A DNA stretch of 64,000 nt, taken from positions 66,238 to 130,237 of the forward strand of contig JAZDJQ010000012.1 of assembly GCA_043803765.1 (NCBI GenBank), written 5' to 3'. The DNA comes from Candidatus Iainarchaeum sp. GTDB taxonomy: Archaea; Iainarchaeota; Iainarchaeia; Iainarchaeales; VGJJ01. The notes under the pieces were generated by a model that worked only from the letters and a program-made list of their open reading frames with translations, was not told the DNA's origin and did not search any database. The translations under genes and the position numbers were made by a program. Of this stretch, positions 59,526-64,000 are shown piece after piece (position 1 is the stretch's first letter; the number at the start of each line of letters is the position of its first letter).

Positions 59526-59543
59526 AGTCCCGCCTCCGGGACT
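59526..59543. repeat. GC-rich hairpin AGTCCCG-CCTC-CGGGACT, a variant of the repeated terminator-like element.
   Basis: 7-bp perfect stem. Related to the elements at 63124 and 63949. Confidence 0.4.
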
Positions 59544-59737
59544 TCATCTCTAAAAATACTCATTTTTCAAAATAAGGCATACACAAATGAGGAAACAGCT
59601 GCTGATTGTCCAATAAAAATAAGCAGTGCCACCAGCATAAGCAATACCACAATAGGCACTAACCACCATACTTTTCGCTTCCACAAAAACTGAAGTAGCC
59701 CATTTAAAACAGTTAGTCTGCCCATAATGAAGATAGT

Positions 59738-60121
59738 ATGTCCTCCCATTTTAAAAATCTAGGGATTTTGCTTGGATTTCTCCCCATTGGGATAATCATT
59801 TATGGATTTGTTTTTTCTTCCCCCTCTTTGGTTTTGCCATTCCTTTTGAGTGCCGTGGCAGTAAATATCCTGCTATTAGTTATTGCGCCGCGAATTTGGA
59901 AAAATCCTGCTTTATCCAAAATTAAAATGGGTGCGATGAGTGTTTTTAGTCTATTGAATAACATTATTGTTTCAGCGGTACTAGCAGTGGCATACGTTTT
60001 CAGCGTAGGCATCGTTTTTATTTTCTCCCGCATTATCGGAAAAAAATTCATGAATCTTTATCCAAAAAAAACGAGCTGGGTGAAAATTGAAAAAGCAAAA
60101 GAAGACTATTTGGAGATGTAG
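59738..60121 (+). CDS. Small membrane protein (127 aa), an SxtJ-like protein sitting next to the carbamoyltransferase.
   Basis: Three hydrophobic helices. Immediately upstream of the carbamoyltransferase gene (9-bp spacer). Confidence 0.45.
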   Translation: MSSHFKNLGILLGFLPIGIIIYGFVFSSPSLVLPFLLSAVAVNILLLVIAPRIWKNPALSKIKMGAMSVFSLLNNIIVSAVLAVAYVFSVGIVFIFSRIIGKKFMNLYPKKTSWVKIEKAKEDYLEM

Positions 60122-60129
60122 GTGGCGCA

Positions 60130-61872
60130 ATGTACATACTTGGAGTTTCTGCATTTTATCATGATTCGGCTGCCTGCCTGATTAAAGACGGTGAGATTGT
60201 CGCCGCCGCTCAAGAAGAACGTTTCACGAGAAAAAAACACGATAACTCATTCCCAAAAAACGCAATTGCATATTGCCTCCGGCAGGCAGGCATTTCTCCC
60301 AAGGAGGTGAATAAAATTAGTTTTTATGAAAAACCTTATGTCAAATTTGAACGCCTTCTCTATCAATTTATTGAAACCTATCCAAAATCTTTCTCCACAT
60401 TCATTGAAACCATCCCTATTTGGCTGAATGAACGGTTAAATGTACCCCAGCATTTTGAAAAAGAAGGTTTTCGTGCACCCATTCAATATGTGAGTCATCA
60501 TCTTTCGCATGCAGCAGCCAGTTATTACACTTCCAAATTTGATAATGCGGCCATTCTCACTATGGATGGTGTAGGAGAATGGGCTACCACCACGATGGGT
60601 TTTGCAGAAGGAAATAATATCACACTCACCCATGAAATCCATTTTCCCCATTCGCTGGGATTGTTATATAGTGCCATTACTGCATATCTTGGTTTTTCAG
60701 TGAATAATTCCGAATACAAAGTCATGGGCTTAGCCCCTTATGGAAAACCCAAATATAAGAGTGAATTTGACAAGCTCGTTCATGTGTATCCGGATGGCAG
60801 TTTCTCCCTCGATATGGATTATTTTGCCTTTACGTATGAAAAAAAAATGAATTCAAAAAAAATGGAGGAATTATTCAACCATCCCGCTCGAAAAAAAGAA
60901 TCCGAAGTCACCCAATTCCACAAAGATGTGGCAGCCTCTCTCCAAACCAAAACTGAAGAAATCGTCATCAAGTTATGCAATGAATTATTTCATCAGACTA
61001 AAAAAGAAAATATTTGTTTGGGCGGGGGCGTGGCGCTAAATTCGGTTATTAATGGAAAAATTTTGACGCAAACGCCTTTCAAAAAAATATGCATCCAGCC
61101 CGCAGCAGGAGATGCCGGCAGCGCTATGGGCGCCGCGCTGCATGTATGGCACCATTATTCTCCTCAGTCCCTGCGCCTTCCTTTCTCACACGCTTTCTGG
61201 GGACCGGGTTTCTCACAGGAAGAAGTAAAAAAATTTCTGGACCAGAAAAAAATAAATTATTCCATGCTCAAAAATACACGGGAAATTGCTTCGCATACCG
61301 CTAAATTGATTCACGAAGGAAATATTGTGGGTTTTTTCCAAGGGAGAATGGAATGGGGCCCCCGCGCATTAGGGGCGCGAAGTATTTTGGCCAATCCTAC
61401 AGACCCAAATATTAAAGATATATTGAACCAGAAAGTCAAGCACCGTGAACATTTTCGGCCGTTTGCACCGGTGATTCCTGTAGAGGATGCAAAAAATTGG
61501 TTTGATTGTGATTTGCCTCTCCCTGAGCCCGCTGATTACATGCTTATGGTGTACCCTGTCAAAAAATCCAAGCGCGAAAAAATTTTGGGAGTAGTCCACG
61601 TGGACGGCTCTGGAAGGTTACAAACCATTCGCAAAAACCAACACGCATTGTATTATCAGACCATCCGCGAATTCGAAAAATTATCGGGGGTGCCGATTCT
61701 CATTAATACTTCTTTCAATATCCGTGGTGAACCCATTGTGTGCACTCCTGAGGATGCCTATCGCTGCATGATGGGAACAGGCATTGATTATTTGATGATT
61801 GAAAACTTCCTCGTGGCACGAAAAGACAACCTTCAAGATGCTTGGGATAGTGAAAAACTAGCAAATGATTAA
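60130..61872 (+). CDS. Carbamoyltransferase (NodU/CmcH family).
   Basis: MYILGVSAFYHDSAACLIKDGEIVAAAQEERFTRKKHDNSFP is the canonical N-terminus. About 580 aa with the carbamoyltransferase C-terminal domain. Confidence 0.9.
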   Translation: MYILGVSAFYHDSAACLIKDGEIVAAAQEERFTRKKHDNSFPKNAIAYCLRQAGISPKEVNKISFYEKPYVKFERLLYQFIETYPKSFSTFIETIPIWLNERLNVPQHFEKEGFRAPIQYVSHHLSHAAASYYTSKFDNAAILTMDGVGEWATTTMGFAEGNNITLTHEIHFPHSLGLLYSAITAYLGFSVNNSEYKVMGLAPYGKPKYKSEFDKLVHVYPDGSFSLDMDYFAFTYEKKMNSKKMEELFNHPARKKESEVTQFHKDVAASLQTKTEEIVIKLCNELFHQTKKENICLGGGVALNSVINGKILTQTPFKKICIQPAAGDAGSAMGAALHVWHHYSPQSLRLPFSHAFWGPGFSQEEVKKFLDQKKINYSMLKNTREIASHTAKLIHEGNIVGFFQGRMEWGPRALGARSILANPTDPNIKDILNQKVKHREHFRPFAPVIPVEDAKNWFDCDLPLPEPADYMLMVYPVKKSKREKILGVVHVDGSGRLQTIRKNQHALYYQTIREFEKLSGVPILINTSFNIRGEPIVCTPEDAYRCMMGTGIDYLMIENFLVARKDNLQDAWDSEKLAND

Positions 61873-61968
61873 CTATCAAATACGGAGATTCCTTCTCTTG
61901 GAAAAAAAGTTGACAGATTAAAAATCCAAAAGCCACCCATTATAAAATTATAGATTTTTATAGGGTTT

Positions 61969-63069
61969 ATGCGCTCATCTGAGTATCCTACTCTTGTCAT
62001 GGTAGTGCTTTTTTCATTTATTATTGGATTGTTTCTCGCCGAAGGACTGTTGATCGTTCTCAACATAGAACCTGCTCCCAATTTACTTTGCACATATATA
62101 TCGGATGAAACACGCGGTCACGCATTATACCCAAATCTTTCCGGTCATTTTGTTTATGAACCTGAAATCGACATGAACTTCACTATCAATAAATTAGGTA
62201 TGCGCGGAAGTGAACCAGACGAAAAACTAAAAAAAATATTTTTGGCAGGAGATTCCGTTTCTTTCGGATACAGTGTGGATCAAAATGAATCGTTTGCCGC
62301 AAAAACAAATCAAGAAATAAAGAAATTCGGATATGAACTGCTCAACTTGGGAACCCCCGGTTATGGTTTGACACAATCACTTATTACCATTAAAAAAAAT
62401 CTTGTGTTTAATAATCCCGAAATTGTAGTATTGGAAATAACTACTCCGAATGATTGGTCGGATGATTATACCTTCACCACTGTTGGACCTACTAACTGGG
62501 TGGATGAACAGCACTGTATGGTCAGCAAGCGCCCTGCTGGAGTCATTACCACAATCAAATCAATCGCTTACCGGAATTCAAGGCTGGCGCGGCTTATTAA
62601 CAAAAACTTTCGCCAGGAAAATCTGATAGAATCCAACAATGTGATATCTGACAGCCTGTTGAAAGACCCAACCCAAATTGTGGTTCAGGCAAGACAGATA
62701 CAACGCCAGCGTCTGAACGAATTTCGCGAGTTACAATCGCAATATCATTTCAAATCACTCATCTTGCTTATTCCAAGTCGTATTGAAACCGATGAGGTTT
62801 TTTTTAATCAGACCATCCAGAATACTCGCCCGGCCAATGAATACAATCGTCGAGAACAGATTGAATTTTATCTTGGGATTTGCAAGGAGATGGGTTTTGA
62901 ATGCATTGACATGGGAAAGGCATTTGAGGAAGAATACCAATCCGAATCCGCATCAACCGAATATTATAACCATAAAATTGACCATCATCCCAACAAAAAA
63001 GGAAACCTGTTCATTGCCGAAACACTGATACCGGAAATTGTCCAAAAAATTCAAGAAGATACAAATTAG
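61969..63069 (+). CDS. Membrane-anchored SGNH/GDSL-like hydrolase family protein.
   Basis: N-terminal TM. IFLAGDSVSFGY block I. Length 366 aa. Confidence 0.55.
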   Translation: MRSSEYPTLVMVVLFSFIIGLFLAEGLLIVLNIEPAPNLLCTYISDETRGHALYPNLSGHFVYEPEIDMNFTINKLGMRGSEPDEKLKKIFLAGDSVSFGYSVDQNESFAAKTNQEIKKFGYELLNLGTPGYGLTQSLITIKKNLVFNNPEIVVLEITTPNDWSDDYTFTTVGPTNWVDEQHCMVSKRPAGVITTIKSIAYRNSRLARLINKNFRQENLIESNNVISDSLLKDPTQIVVQARQIQRQRLNEFRELQSQYHFKSLILLIPSRIETDEVFFNQTIQNTRPANEYNRREQIEFYLGICKEMGFECIDMGKAFEEEYQSESASTEYYNHKIDHHPNKKGNLFIAETLIPEIVQKIQEDTN

Positions 63070-63123
63070 AATGGTTCATTTCTCAATAGCGTCATGCGTC
63101 ATTCGTCAATAGCATAAAAGAGA

Positions 63124-63146
63124 TAGTCCCGCCTCCCGGACTCGCA
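63124..63146. repeat. Repeated 3'-flank element TAGTCCCGCCTCCCGGACTCGCA (hairpin plus T-tract), 55 nt after the stop of gene 61969..63069.
   Basis: Identical 23-mer recurs at 63949..63972. The upstream 30 nt are also similar (aatggttcatttctcaata vs aattattctcaatcc). Confidence 0.55.
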
Positions 63147-63266
63147 CACGGGTATCTTCCGGCTTTATTCAAAGGTTCGGCTGTGGCCTCACAATTAGTG
63201 AAGTTAGTGCACATAGTGAATAATGGGATAGGCAAGCTCTTTATATGAAAATAATGCAATAGGGCT

Positions 63267-63893
63267 ATGTTTGAAAAATATCGCCCATTTTTACTGGGAG
63301 TTTCTCATTCTAAGGAAATGCTGTGGGATGTTTTTCAAGAGATTGACAAGGTAAAGCCAAAATCAATTGGAATAGAAGAATCAAAATGGTCTGTTGAGAA
63401 CTGGAGACAAATTGGGTTGAACCCCCACCACGCTGGATTTTGGCGAGTATTGATTAGAGAGTGTAGAGCGCGAGGTATTGAAATAACGTACCTTACTCCT
63501 GATAGAGTTGCCCAACAAAATATCCGAGAACAACTTCGGTTGAAAAAACTGGGAATTACCGCACAAAAGGTTCTTGAAAATCCACAAGGGCACACAGAAG
63601 GAAAGGAACTGTTACGACATATGCGCGATAAAACTACGGATGTCGTTGAAATGACTGCTCGGAAAAGACGTCCACAGATGCTTGTTTTGGGCTTATTTCA
63701 TTCTGCTATTTTACGAAAAAACTTGGGCATTCCAAAAGCTCGATTTAGTGTCCATGTAGTCCCTTCGCCACGTGCGATAAGAGAGATGGGTGTTCGCGTT
63801 CCAAGAAGAAAATTAGAAGCGAGAAAAAAACAATTAATTGAAGGAATGCTTTTTCATGTCAAAGGATACCGAAGAGCCGCTCGAAAAAGATAG
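63267..63893 (+). CDS. Hypothetical basic protein (208 aa).
   Basis: ORF. Arg/Lys-rich C-terminus. No family recognised. Confidence 0.45.
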   Translation: MFEKYRPFLLGVSHSKEMLWDVFQEIDKVKPKSIGIEESKWSVENWRQIGLNPHHAGFWRVLIRECRARGIEITYLTPDRVAQQNIREQLRLKKLGITAQKVLENPQGHTEGKELLRHMRDKTTDVVEMTARKRRPQMLVLGLFHSAILRKNLGIPKARFSVHVVPSPRAIREMGVRVPRRKLEARKKQLIEGMLFHVKGYRRAARKR

Positions 63894-63948
63894 AATTATT
63901 CTCAATCCGGTCGTCGGGACGAAAGCGAAGCTTGAGTGTGTGAATGGA

Positions 63949-63972
63949 TTAGTCCCGCCTCCCGGACTCGCA
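63949..63972. repeat. Second copy of the 3'-flank hairpin element, 56 nt after the stop of gene 63267..63893.
   Basis: Identical 23-mer to 63124..63146. Followed by GGGCTTTTACTC (T-rich). Confidence 0.55.
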
Positions 63973-64000
63973 ACCGGGCTTTTACTCACTTTCTCACCGG

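Noticed and set aside
1-64000. Searched for CRISPR arrays, rRNA genes, transposases or integrases, and DGR-type reverse transcriptases near the variable giant genes.
   Set aside because: No regularly spaced short repeats. No rRNA-like conserved stretches. No ORF with RT (YxDD), DDE or tyrosine-recombinase motifs was noticed. The ectodomain diversity looks like duplication and divergence rather than a retroelement-driven mechanism, as far as can be judged by eye.

Overview
This 64-kb window looks like a low-GC archaeal chromosome segment. Evidence for an archaeon: a GatD homologue, archaeal-type (class III, KGQ/RGQ) prepilin signal peptides, an intein in a FlaI/VirB11-like ATPase, TTTAAA-type TATA boxes, and a tRNA with no encoded CCA.

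The first ~30 kb is one minus-strand accessory island. It holds four tandem paralogous giant surface proteins of about 2,450-2,530 aa each; the first is cut by the window edge. All four share a ~45-aa N-terminal motif (MGL..FY...EDK.Y..LD.LD..GLPVYKI.DPID..IPSF) followed by a single membrane anchor, and after that they are Ig-like, sequon-rich ectodomains. Small genes sit between them: a basic 159-aa protein, a 4-TM protein, a 571-aa protein with a pilin-like N-terminal helix and a C-terminal Cys-rich repeat, and a 177-aa archaeosortase-like membrane protein.

The middle of the window carries a PEP-utilising enzyme, a MazE/MazF-like toxin-antitoxin pair, and a type-IV-pilus-like module. That module has a FlaI/VirB11-family ATPase interrupted at its Asp box by a 516-aa LAGLIDADG intein, a Cys-rich secreted protein, a FlaJ/TadC-like platform protein and three or four class III signal-peptide pilins. 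A ~90-bp promoter/leader-like element is repeated three times in this module.

The remainder is housekeeping and envelope genes: tRNA-Asp, Bcp peroxiredoxin, an IscA homologue, GatD, a 1,653-aa secreted multidomain protein, PadR, a saccharopine-dehydrogenase-like gene split by one in-frame TAG, ROK kinase, a SAM methyltransferase, a carbamoyltransferase and an SGNH hydrolase. No rRNA, CRISPR array, transposase or integrase was recognised.
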